A DNA stretch of 64,000 bases from positions 32,001 through 96,000 of the forward strand of contig JBEKFP010000003.1 of assembly GCA_050013255.1 (NCBI GenBank), in the 5' to 3' direction. The notes under the pieces are model-generated. The model made no database searches and was not told the origin of the DNA. It saw only the letters and a program-made list of their open reading frames with translations. Source of the DNA: Candidatus Bathyarchaeia archaeon. GTDB taxonomy: Archaea; Thermoproteota; Bathyarchaeia; 40CM-2-53-6. Each line of letters begins with the position of its first letter. Within the stretch, counting starts at the first letter, position 1. This document shows positions 9,603-18,213 of this stretch, in pieces. Both the position numbers and the translations under genes were made by a program.

Positions 9603-9722
9603 ATGACAGATGGCAAAAACGTCCCGCAGGGGCGTCCGAAGGACGTTTCAGTTAAGGGGGTTCAACTTACCCCTAGACCTCATTACATAGTCCACACTAT
9701 CTCCAAGATGGTTAGGCTGTGA
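9603..9722 (+). CDS. 39-aa ORF bounded by repeats 2 and 3
   Basis: MTDGKNVPQGRPKDVSVKGVQLTPRPHYIVHTISKMVRL; ATG in repeat 2, TGA in repeat 3. Confidence 0.35.
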   Translation: MTDGKNVPQGRPKDVSVKGVQLTPRPHYIVHTISKMVRL

Positions 9723-9729
9723 AGGTGCA

Positions 9730-9825
9730 ATGACCGAAAATAATTCTGGAAAATCGCCGGTTCAAATCCGGTCCGGCCCACCACTAAACTACTCGGGCGG
9801 AATTTCTGAGAAAATCTGTGCATAG
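9730..9825 (+). pseudogene. Putative integrase N-terminal fragment int(N) split by att
   Basis: ATG in repeat 3; MTENNSGKSPVQIRSGPP reads through the tRNA 3' half, as in SSV-type split integrases. Confidence 0.45.
9750..9783 (+). other. att site: 3' half of a tRNA (T-arm, acceptor 3' strand, ACCA)
   Basis: GCCGG-TTCAAAT-CCGGT CCGGCCC A CCA with no 5' half upstream. Confidence 0.85.
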
Positions 9826-11525
9826 TCAACTTGTTTCTTTCGTGGTCCCCACTTGTAGTAGGTGTAGATCGCTGCTCCGATCAGGACGAATAGAAGATTG
9901 AATCCTAAGGCTAGCCAGTTGTAATAACCTGGAGCTAGCATATTGTCGTCAAAGATCGAGGTAAGGACCTCCCACCCGATGACCAAATTAGCCACGAGAC
10001 CCGCGAGGCCAATTGCTGCAACCCCAAGTTTCCCGCCTGGTTTGAAATATGCACTATCATAGAAGCGCCGTTGTCTGAACGGGAAGAGTAGGACTGCAAA
10101 CGAAAAGAGGCTGAGAAAAATCACAGTTAGAAGGTCTACGTAGGTGACGCCATACGAAAAGAAGGCGTCCATGATAGAACCTATGAGCCCGCCTGGGTTC
10201 CAACTGCCGCCAAGGGCAGCGACGCAAACTCCTCCACAACCTAACCCTGCTAATCCGCCAAGAATCGCGACGAGGACGACTGCGACAAAGGGAACGTGGA
10301 ATCTGTTAAGCTTGGCGAAAGTCTCAGGGAGGACTCTGTCGAATGACATGGCGAAAATCAGTCTTGAACCGGCCAACATCAATGCTGGAATTTCGTTAGC
10401 CGCCAACAGTAAGGGAAATAGGAACAAGATGACATTGAACGAGCCTAGTCCCAAGCCTTGAGCACTCATCATGGCCAATATTTGAACAAACATCCGGATT
10501 GGAGGAAGATGCGCCTGTGTGAGGCTCGTCGAAAATGTGAGGAAAGAGTAGGCTCCAAGGAAGCTCCACCTATCACCGTTGGGCAATATCGTTTGCCCTA
10601 CCGATGCAGCGGCGTCAGCTGAGATCCACGCCACGCCTACGAGAACCACGATAGCGACGAGCGCGCCGATTATTAGAACCTTAGGGAGATTCCTCTTAGG
10701 ATCCTTCACTTCTCCTAGAACAAATGTGGTTGAGGCGACTGCACCCCAGACAAGGAAAAAGCCAAAGTAAGACCAGACTGCCCAAATGAAACTGGCTGAA
10801 ACCGCTGTCCAATAGTCTCCGACGTTTGCTGAGTCAAGCCCCTGAGCGAGAGCAGCTTTTACGTATGTGTCTGCGGTCACTCCGGGTACTCCTTGTGTCT
10901 GCGCCCACATTGAAATTCCTCGCTCTAGCACGGCAGGGTTCATTATTGTGATGGCGAACAAACATAGAACGTAAGCAGTAATTATGACAGAAACCCAGAA
11001 GAGTACTTGCATCAAATACCCCGATACTCTCGTGCCAAACGCCGAGATCACTGCAAAAACGACTATGAGTATTAATCCGCCGACGGTTGGGTCGACGTCG
11101 TTAAGAATCGGACTTGCCGGGAAATAGAAATGCTGAGCGAGGCTCACGGCAATTGCGCCTAAATAGAAAGAAATCGTTAGGAATACAAGCCAACCCGCGA
11201 TGAAGCCCATGAATGGGTTGATAATCCTTGAAATCGCAAGATATCCTCCGCCAGATCGAGGCATTGCGCTACCTAAGATCGAATACCCAACCACCATTGA
11301 TAAGGCCAGAATTCCCACTATGATGAGGGCCATCACGGAAGGTGGAATTCCAGCGAACCATAAGTTCTCAGGCAAGGGGATGTTGCCCGTAGCAGAGAAG
11401 CCTCTCGCGAACGGCCAGAAGGCCCAACCCGTAACTGCGAGAATAATTACGACTGCAGTTAACGGACCAATTTCTCTAACTAGTCCCGTAGTTTCTCTTA
11501 CAAACGACTTCTTTCCATCAAGCAA
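9789..11525 (-). CDS. APC family amino acid permease
   Basis: FVRETTGLVREI start, AMPRSGGGY, GEVKDPKR, RLIFAMSFDRVLP, EIPPE end; ~12 TM. Confidence 0.9.
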   Translation of the reverse strand: MLDGKKSFVRETTGLVREIGPLTAVVIILAVTGWAFWPFARGFSATGNIPLPENLWFAGIPPSVMALIIVGILALSMVVGYSILGSAMPRSGGGYLAISRIINPFMGFIAGWLVFLTISFYLGAIAVSLAQHFYFPASPILNDVDPTVGGLILIVVFAVISAFGTRVSGYLMQVLFWVSVIITAYVLCLFAITIMNPAVLERGISMWAQTQGVPGVTADTYVKAALAQGLDSANVGDYWTAVSASFIWAVWSYFGFFLVWGAVASTTFVLGEVKDPKRNLPKVLIIGALVAIVVLVGVAWISADAAASVGQTILPNGDRWSFLGAYSFLTFSTSLTQAHLPPIRMFVQILAMMSAQGLGLGSFNVILFLFPLLLAANEIPALMLAGSRLIFAMSFDRVLPETFAKLNRFHVPFVAVVLVAILGGLAGLGCGGVCVAALGGSWNPGGLIGSIMDAFFSYGVTYVDLLTVIFLSLFSFAVLLFPFRQRRFYDSAYFKPGGKLGVAAIGLAGLVANLVIGWEVLTSIFDDNMLAPGYYNWLALGFNLLFVLIGAAIYTYYKWGPRKKQVDYAQIFSEIPPE

Positions 11526-11661
11526 AGCTTGTCACGCAAAAAAGGTGCTGACGGACGTCAAGGCTGTTTTCTAAATATCGTGGGTCCACATACTTAACAT
11601 ATGCTTACAGTGATATGTTTGCGCAGTCGCAAGAAACACTAATGCGCTCAGGAATTTCTCT

Positions 11662-12588
11662 GTGATGTCGAGACTGAACCGACGAAATAAGTGCACGTGT
11701 CTGATATTCCTCTTTGTCCTTAGCGTGTTGTTCGTTCCTACCCTGGTACACGGCACTAGGACTACACAGCCTTTCGAAGCGAGAGTCTTGGGCAATCCAA
11801 TGCACCAATCCGTCCCACAACAGGCAGACCCGGTTCAGGTACTCCATACCTTTGAAGTCCAACTCAACGCCCACAACGTCAATGCTGCTCTTGCACTTTT
11901 CACTGACAATGCGGTTGTTTACGATCCGACAACCATCTCCTGTTACGGCGGAACAGGGTCCTCTTGTGAACCCGGGAATATCATCATCTCCTATACTTCC
12001 AAGACGCAGATTCGAGGCTGGCTCCAATATCTCGCGCAGGTGGATATTGAAGTAAAAGAGGCCGGAGTCCCCCAAATCGCAGGAAGCAATGTGACTTGGA
12101 CTTGGCAGGTTTCCAACAACGGATACCGTACCCTGAACATCGCTCCGCTTGTGGGTGCCGGTGAAGCCATCCTTCAGGGTAACTTGATCAAGTACTTCAG
12201 CTTTCGACTTAGCGCAGATTCTATAGGAAAACTTACAGCCGCACTCGCGGCCTCCAGTCGGTCTCCATACTCCGTCGCTGGTGTGAGTATTGCGTTCAGT
12301 CTTGTTGCTCTCGGCATGGTTTTCCCCGGGGTAGCGGTGTATTATGTTTCGAGAGTCAAGCGACTCTTTGCTAGTGTGCCGAAGCTTGACAAACCTTGGA
12401 TATTGTTGGGCGCGGGCGTAGGGGTCTTATTTGTTTCAGTGCTGCTCGTGGCCTTGAGAGAAGTCGCCGCAATCTCGACAAGTGTTGCAGATCCACTCTT
12501 TGATGTGATATTGGCAGTCTGCGCTTTCTTTGTAATGTCGGCAATGATACTTATGAAACGGGTTATGATCAGTGAGCCCGATGAATAG
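11662..12588 (+). CDS. Membrane sensor: signal peptide, NTF2/SnoaL-like ectodomain, 3 TM
   Basis: DPVQVLHTF..LNAHNVNAALALFTDNAVV is SnoaL-like; C-terminal 3-TM module. Confidence 0.7.
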   Translation: MMSRLNRRNKCTCLIFLFVLSVLFVPTLVHGTRTTQPFEARVLGNPMHQSVPQQADPVQVLHTFEVQLNAHNVNAALALFTDNAVVYDPTTISCYGGTGSSCEPGNIIISYTSKTQIRGWLQYLAQVDIEVKEAGVPQIAGSNVTWTWQVSNNGYRTLNIAPLVGAGEAILQGNLIKYFSFRLSADSIGKLTAALAASSRSPYSVAGVSIAFSLVALGMVFPGVAVYYVSRVKRLFASVPKLDKPWILLGAGVGVLFVSVLLVALREVAAISTSVADPLFDVILAVCAFFVMSAMILMKRVMISEPDE

Positions 12589-12889
12589 CCCACTTCTATT
12601 CGCCATAGCTGCTATCGGGCTCGTCTGCTCGGCGGTCGCGACATATTATGTCATCCGCGTGAAAAGCGCCTTCGCTGGTCTCCCGCGCCTTGAAAGGCCT
12701 TGGCTCCTGCTTGGGCTTGGGGTCGCGTCTTTGTTTGTTGCGGCTTCGACGATTCCGATGGGCGAACTATCACTTTCTGTGGGAATCCTACATTTTATTC
12801 AGATCGCGGCTGTGGTTTCGGCTGCTTTCTTCATCTTGACTGCGATGGTGACGATGAAGCAGGCCTGGACAATTAGGGAGAGCGACTAG
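12572..12889 (+). CDS. 3-TM membrane protein, paralog of the C-terminus of the upstream gene
   Basis: YYVIRVKSAFAGLPRLERPWLLLG vs YYVSRVKRLFASVPKLDKPWILLG. Confidence 0.8.
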   Translation: MSPMNSPLLFAIAAIGLVCSAVATYYVIRVKSAFAGLPRLERPWLLLGLGVASLFVAASTIPMGELSLSVGILHFIQIAAVVSAAFFILTAMVTMKQAWTIRESD

Positions 12890-12890
12890 C

Positions 12891-14111
12891 ATGCAAGCTA
12901 CCGTCCCAGGTTTCAAGATGCAGATTCCAGGCTTAGAGGACCGCATCTTCCCGCCTGGAACTATCGTGCTACTGACGGCACGTCCTGGAACAGGAAAATC
13001 AGCCTTCGCCAAACAGTTCTGCCTAGAAGGATTGAAGAGGAGTGAGCGAGTAGTTGCAGCTTTGACTGACATTACAGCAGATAGCTTCCGCAAGAAGATC
13101 GGCGTCGAAACATCAAATCTAGACGTACTTGACTTCCTACTCGAGAAGCCAAACGGAGTTAATGAGATCTCAATCAAGATGCACCAACTAATATCGAAGA
13201 CGCCCGGCCGACAGGTTCGACTGATTTTCGATTCACTGTCAACACTCGGCACGATGTTCAACCCGGAGTTGCTCTCACCTTGGCTCCTAGATCAACGTGC
13301 AAAGTTGTCGAAGACCTCCGCCATGGTATTGGCGTTGGTCATTTACGCAACTGGCATCAACCCACCAGCTGTCACCCGAAGCCTCCACACATTCGCTGAT
13401 GTCGTCCTAGAGATGAAGACCGATGAGACGAAAGAGGAGCCCGAGAGGCAATTCAGGGTCCTCAAAGCTAGGGACATCAGCCACAGCTCTAGGTGGGTGC
13501 CTTTCAAGATTACTGATTCGGGAATCGAGTTTAACGCTGTGCCTGCCAACTTAGACCAGTTGCTGCTCAACGTAGACCAACGAATCTCTGAACGTGACCG
13601 AGTGTTGGCCACGGTTATGTTCGTAGACATTGTTGGATCAACAGAAAGGGCAACGCAGCTTGGTGATCGCCAATGGCAGGGCATTCTAAGAGGCTACTTT
13701 GGCTTGTTGCGCAAGGAGCTCAACCAATTTCGAGGTCGAGAGATCAGTACCACGGGGGATGGCATGCTCGCGATTTTCGATCGGCCTGAGAGTGCGGTTC
13801 GATGTGCCTGCGCAGCTAGAAACGCAGTTCGTTCCTTAGGCCTCGAAGTGCGCGTCGGCCTCCACACTGGAGAAGTGCAGCTTGCAGAAGGCAACATCGG
13901 AGGGATAGGCGTCCACATCGGCGCCAGGGTCGCCTCGCAGGCGAGTCCCGGCGAAGTATTAGTGTCCAGCACCGTCAAGGACTTAGTTTCAGGATCAGGC
14001 ATCGTATTCGATGATCGCGGTTTGCGAGCACTGAAGGGTGTTTCGGAGGAATGGCACTTATTCGCAGTTGTGTCCGATGAAACTCGGAAAGATGACACTG
14101 ACGCCCGCTGA
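12891..14111 (+). CDS. KaiC/RAD55-like ATPase fused to class III nucleotidyl cyclase
   Basis: Walker A ARPGTGKS, Walker B LIFDSLS, RVLKAR; cyclase motifs TVMFVDIVGST, TGDG, RVGLHTGE, GIGVHIGARV. Confidence 0.9.
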   Translation: MQATVPGFKMQIPGLEDRIFPPGTIVLLTARPGTGKSAFAKQFCLEGLKRSERVVAALTDITADSFRKKIGVETSNLDVLDFLLEKPNGVNEISIKMHQLISKTPGRQVRLIFDSLSTLGTMFNPELLSPWLLDQRAKLSKTSAMVLALVIYATGINPPAVTRSLHTFADVVLEMKTDETKEEPERQFRVLKARDISHSSRWVPFKITDSGIEFNAVPANLDQLLLNVDQRISERDRVLATVMFVDIVGSTERATQLGDRQWQGILRGYFGLLRKELNQFRGREISTTGDGMLAIFDRPESAVRCACAARNAVRSLGLEVRVGLHTGEVQLAEGNIGGIGVHIGARVASQASPGEVLVSSTVKDLVSGSGIVFDDRGLRALKGVSEEWHLFAVVSDETRKDDTDAR

Positions 14112-14157
14112 TTAGAGTAGAGTCTAGACTGGCGTGATCAGGCTTTCAACCAGTTCG

Positions 14158-14712
14158 CTAAGTTTCTTTGGCATATCGTTCGGAGAATTTGATGAAGACT
14201 GAATTGTTGGTCACTTCAATTTTAGGCTCAGTTCCGAGAGCCGTGCGTATGCCTGCTTCGTAGACTCGTTTCAAATGATTCGAATATTTGGAGCCCAGCC
14301 CATGTTGCAAGGTTATGCTGTAGTTGCCACCGATTCTCTCGACCTCGCACTGGGTAGTGCCAACATATTTGGAGAGTCTTTCACAAAAGGCGCAGACAGT
14401 TTCTGCATCTATCCGTTTATGCCAGAACCTCACCATCTCAAGGAATGTCGACGGGGCCTCTTCTGTCGCGGCCAAATATGTTTGCTCATCCATCGCCTCT
14501 ATCATTCGCTCGTAGTTGTTTCGTGGTATCGTGACGAAACCAAACTTTCGTGTGAAACGATCCCATTCAGCGTATTTGGTTAAGATCGATACAACTAGTG
14601 CGCTCACCGTTCGGTTCTCAGCGTTCGCATCTCTTTGTAGGAGTGCGTTCAACTCTTTGGGAATACGTACGTTTCTCAGTACGGTCTGGGTTTTTCGGTC
14701 GGCCAAACTCAA
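14158..14712 (-). CDS. Ribbon-helix-helix regulator with C-terminal ligand-binding-like domain
   Basis: RNVRIPKELNALLQRDA..TVSALVVSILTKYAEW RHH pattern. Confidence 0.75.
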   Translation of the reverse strand: MSLADRKTQTVLRNVRIPKELNALLQRDANAENRTVSALVVSILTKYAEWDRFTRKFGFVTIPRNNYERMIEAMDEQTYLAATEEAPSTFLEMVRFWHKRIDAETVCAFCERLSKYVGTTQCEVERIGGNYSITLQHGLGSKYSNHLKRVYEAGIRTALGTEPKIEVTNNSVFIKFSERYAKET

Positions 14713-14810
14713 TCATTATGTTTCACTCTGTTTTACTTTGTAACATTTGTGGTTACGTTGTGAGCCTATCACCTAAGTTCTCCCACTTAGAAATACGGGT
14801 TCGAAGACTC

Positions 14811-15263
14811 TTGAAAACTAAACTCGTCTTGGCCAGTATTCTTGTCGTTGTTATCGTAGTTGTCGCTGGTGTGTGGTTAATCTCTGGTCACTCCGGGGCA
14901 TCTACTAACGAGAAGATTCAGATTCCTTCTGGAGGGATAGTTGTCAATACCATAGCGGATCCGGCCGCTGGCGCAGGCATGGTGACTTGGACTACAGCCA
15001 CTCTAACTGTAGATAACATAGGATCGGTGCCTGTTACTATCTCAAGAATCTACGTGCAGGGCGCCGCTTACAGTTACAGTTCGACCGCGGCTCCCGGCAC
15101 ATTCTCCGCAGCCTCTAACCAAATTCAACCCGGACAAAGCCTAACCTTCACGATAACGGACTCCTCGCCAACTCCACTCACTATCGCCAACGAGAATGCG
15201 TGGAATTTCAAAGCAGTTACTTCCAACGGCACTGAAGCAAGCACCGCATATAGTTGGGGGTAA
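14811..15263 (+). CDS. Membrane-anchored secreted protein (pilin/Ig-like)
   Basis: N-terminal TM; LTVDNIGSVPVTISRIYV and IQPGQSLTFT motifs; start moved to TTG 14811. Confidence 0.7.
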   Translation: MKTKLVLASILVVVIVVVAGVWLISGHSGASTNEKIQIPSGGIVVNTIADPAAGAGMVTWTTATLTVDNIGSVPVTISRIYVQGAAYSYSSTAAPGTFSAASNQIQPGQSLTFTITDSSPTPLTIANENAWNFKAVTSNGTEASTAYSWG

Positions 15264-15298
15264 CTGAGGGATGCGAGACACTTTCGTGGCTCTCAGTT
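15262..15298 (+). terminator. Hairpin after pilin-like gene
   Basis: AACTGAG...CTCAGTT arms with inner pairing. Confidence 0.4.
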
Positions 15299-15319
15299 CA
15301 AAGCTGTGCAACAAATGCC

Positions 15320-15445
15320 ACGTTCACTGTGACCCCCGCAACGACGGTATCCACGGAAGTCGAAGTCTTTCAGGCACCTCCTCTCCATTTCAACGCAGTA
15401 ACTGCGGGTGGTGCCGAAGCTAATGCAGACGTTAGTCAAATCTAA
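15320..15445 (+). pseudogene. Fragment homologous to the C-terminus of the pilin-like gene
   Basis: TFTVT..HFNAVTAGGAEANA vs TFTIT..NFKAVTSNGTEAST. Confidence 0.55.
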
Positions 15446-15592
15446 GCTTAAGCTCCAGCAAACAGGGCAAGATCGAAGATCCTAGAACGCAGTGAGTCAG
15501 TGGTCCAACACAGTTGAAAGTAGACGTTTTGACACACAAAGATGTTTGAATTATGAACCGCTGGGTTGGACGTAACAAAGCGCACGGGTGAG

Positions 15593-15695
15593 TCCGGTCC
15601 GGCTCACCACTGAACTAGTCGGGCGGAATTTCCGACGAGCTCCGTGTGTAGCTATTTTGTCTTCCCGAAGGACCTCATCTAGAATATACGTAGAT
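15593..15695. pseudogene. Decayed tRNA 3' end plus C-terminal remnant of APC permease
   Basis: TCCGGTCCGGCTCACCACT; minus strand IYVYSR*GPSGRQNSYTRSSSEIPPD* vs IYTYYKWGPRKKQVDYAQIFSEIPPE*. Confidence 0.8.
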
Positions 15696-15727
15696 CCAAT
15701 TATGACAAGTACGATTCTAGGGCGCAG

Positions 15728-17356
15728 TTAGGTTTGGATGTTCTGGAGTAAGAGCCTGATTTGGCTGTTCGCTAGCTTTGATGCTACAACGATTACTGCG
15801 AATGCGAATATGAAGCCAAGAATCGCTAGTTGTGGTAGAATCGTGCTGTATACCATAACCGAGATTATGATCGGCGCGGCGGTTAACATCGCTGAAACGA
15901 TCCCGACGAGCATTCCCGTGAGGGAACCCCAGACACTGACGTAACGGCTGCGTATCATTTCACGAAAGTCGGGAAACCTAGTCCCGAAACACATTCCAAT
16001 CGCTGACTCCTCAAACACAACTGCTACTCCCAGCGCAAGAACAAGCCAGAAGTAGGTTGCAAGGGATCTTAGCAGAAAACTCAGCACCGCCAGCATGCCC
16101 ACGCCAAACAATATGCCTAGGAGTATTGCAAACAGCATTTTCGCCATCAGAAGCCTACTTGGTTTTATCGGCGCGGCGTAAAGGTTCCACACGGCGTATC
16201 CCTCCTGCCCTATGCTTGTCATTGAGAGGAGTCCAACGAAAATCGCTATGGGGAGTAAGTACAGAGGGATGATGACCAACAATCCAGGCGCATCGGGCAT
16301 CGATTGGCCCCCCATGGGGAAGAATGAGATGCCCATCGAGATGGCTAGGACGAAGGGAATCGCCAAGAACCTAGCCATCTCCCTCCTCCTCGCGAGCGAA
16401 CGCAGGTCCTTCCGAAGAATTGCCGATTCAGCTACCCCAATCAAAGGTAACCGGAAACCTATGTCGCGATTGTGATAGGTCTGGGGAGAGAGCTTGATTG
16501 AGACGGGAATTGGAACCCAGAACTTCGCGCGCAATCTCGTTGCCACCGCGAATAACGCCAGCGTGAAGAGTGCTGAGAGGCTTGCAAATTCAAGAAATGT
16601 GAATATGTTGCCTTGGGAGACGCCGAGGACTGCAACTGAAGGCCACACTACGGGAACGAACCATGCAACCCTCACCGTTTGAACCACGCTCTGGAGAAGG
16701 TACCCGATTATTTGTCCGCTGAAGAGCAACTGAACGAAGACAAGCATGATTATCGTCAAGGCGAGGCGGAAGAATATTCCAGAGCGTCCGCTCTTCTTGT
16801 AGAAACTTGATGAGATACGGTTGGTTATTGTGTCCAGCACTTCAACGACGCAGGATCCAATTGCTAGGGCGATAGTCGCCATCAGGGCTGCAGCAAGCCA
16901 AGAAGGAGCCATCCCGAGGATTAGTGCCGGTCCAAGCAACAACCCCAGAAGGAGGCTGAGCATGAATGAGTAAATGTAGGATTCAGATAATGTGGAGGCC
17001 GCAACATACTCTGTGGGTGAGATTGGAAGCCAATTCACGATATCGGTATTCAGCGATTGGATTGGTTGGCTAATTTCGTACAGAACTCCGAAAAGGATGA
17101 CGGCGGAGGCAATACCCACGGGTACCCCTGCCAAAGCGCTTGCTTCGATACCGGCGATGGCTTCTAGAAAGAATGGGGGGCCCCTTGAGAGCAGTAAATA
17201 GCCGGCTAGGCCGAGACCAACAAGCAGTACCAAGTCTACTGCTAGGATGATTCGGGGTTCTCCGAATATTCGGGCCAAGATTTTGTTTCGTTGAGTTCCC
17301 CGAATTTGAGAGCGCGTCAAGACGACGGCAAGCTTGTACACCGTCTTGATTCTCAT
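15728..17356 (-). CDS. ABC exporter membrane subunit
   Basis: Multi-TM; SIGQEG..LYAAPI motif; coupled to ABC ATPase. Confidence 0.8.
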   Translation of the reverse strand: MRIKTVYKLAVVLTRSQIRGTQRNKILARIFGEPRIILAVDLVLLVGLGLAGYLLLSRGPPFFLEAIAGIEASALAGVPVGIASAVILFGVLYEISQPIQSLNTDIVNWLPISPTEYVAASTLSESYIYSFMLSLLLGLLLGPALILGMAPSWLAAALMATIALAIGSCVVEVLDTITNRISSSFYKKSGRSGIFFRLALTIIMLVFVQLLFSGQIIGYLLQSVVQTVRVAWFVPVVWPSVAVLGVSQGNIFTFLEFASLSALFTLALFAVATRLRAKFWVPIPVSIKLSPQTYHNRDIGFRLPLIGVAESAILRKDLRSLARRREMARFLAIPFVLAISMGISFFPMGGQSMPDAPGLLVIIPLYLLPIAIFVGLLSMTSIGQEGYAVWNLYAAPIKPSRLLMAKMLFAILLGILFGVGMLAVLSFLLRSLATYFWLVLALGVAVVFEESAIGMCFGTRFPDFREMIRSRYVSVWGSLTGMLVGIVSAMLTAAPIIISVMVYSTILPQLAILGFIFAFAVIVVASKLANSQIRLLLQNIQT

Positions 17357-18126
17357 CGGGTAAGTGCCTCGACGATATCGCGGGTATCAGAGGTTCCTGT
17401 CAGCTTCAGGAATATTTCTTCAAGCGTTGAGCCAGATGCACCTCCTTTTGCCCTCAGTTCCTCCGAAGTCCCTTCGGCCAAGACCTTCCCGTCATACATG
17501 ATTACGATTCGGTCGCAAATAGCATCGGCTATTTCGAGAACATGCGTACTGAAGATGGTTGGAATGCCATCATCCCTCAGCTTATGGATCAAGTCCTTGA
17601 CTATACGTGCGCTGCGTGGGTCCAAGGCATTGAGGGGTTCATCCAGAACCAGAATTTGTGGGCGATGGAGTAGGCCCGCTATAATTGCCAGTTTCTGTTT
17701 CATCCCCTGTGAATATCCATGAATCAGCTCGTTTTCTCGGCCTTCCAAGTCTAAGGCCTTCAGGAACTCCGAGGTCCGCTCTTGCTTTACCTTGGCCTCA
17801 AGTCCGTGGACATCCGCAACGAAGTCAAGGTACTCTATCCCCGTCAAAAACTCGTACAGCCTAGGGCTTTCGGGAACGAAGCCAACAATTTTCTTGACCG
17901 CGATCGGGTCTTCAGCAACATTCACCCCTTGAACTAGAATGCTGCCAGCGTCAGGTTTCATGATCCCTACGATGATTTTCATTAACGTAGATTTGCCGGA
18001 GCCGTTTGGGCCTAACAACCCAAGAACTTGGCCGGTATCCACGGCGAAACTGACACCTTTGACGGCCCTTATCGTGCCGAAACTCTTGGCTACGCTGTCA
18101 ACCTGAAGTGCTTTCACTAATGCCAC
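17353..18126 (-). CDS. ABC transporter ATP-binding protein
   Basis: GPNGSGKST, YSQGMKQK, LDEP, STH; start revised. Confidence 0.95.
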   Translation of the reverse strand: MALVKALQVDSVAKSFGTIRAVKGVSFAVDTGQVLGLLGPNGSGKSTLMKIIVGIMKPDAGSILVQGVNVAEDPIAVKKIVGFVPESPRLYEFLTGIEYLDFVADVHGLEAKVKQERTSEFLKALDLEGRENELIHGYSQGMKQKLAIIAGLLHRPQILVLDEPLNALDPRSARIVKDLIHKLRDDGIPTIFSTHVLEIADAICDRIVIMYDGKVLAEGTSEELRAKGGASGSTLEEIFLKLTGTSDTRDIVEALTR

Positions 18127-18213
18127 CAATCCTCCGCAACCATACGATCTATCCATTCCGGTGAAACCGAAAGAGCTTAGAAAAACCTCGCGTTCCACCC
18201 TCCCGACCCAACA

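Larger units (their letters stand above)
8919..9733 (+). repeat. Three direct repeats GTGAAG(A/G)TGCAATGA at 8919, 9592 and 9719
   Basis: Copies 1 and 2 are identical over 15 bp (23/26 extended); copy 3 matches 14/15. Confidence 0.85.
1..9783. mobile_element. Right portion of a tRNA-integrated element (provirus/integrative plasmid); left end outside window
   Basis: ORFan-rich block with HTH, AbrB-like, Zn-ribbon and membrane genes, no housekeeping genes, terminated by a tRNA 3'-half (att) at ~9750-9783. Confidence 0.8.
9784..15720. mobile_element. Genomic islet bounded by a duplicated att/permease-end junction
   Basis: 9767-9869 recurs degenerately at 15593-15695 (offset 5826). Confidence 0.5.

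Noticed and set aside
9660-9717. Classical integron attC (GTTCAAC...GTTAGGC)
   Set aside because: R-box-like words are present but there are no complementary L boxes or internal pairing.
9750-9783. att derived from the tRNA-Val(GAC) in this window
   Set aside because: Several mismatches and opposite orientation; the partner should lie upstream of the window.
14811-15445. Diversity-generating retroelement VR/TR pair
   Set aside because: No reverse transcriptase in the window; the similarity is protein-level and not adenine-specific.
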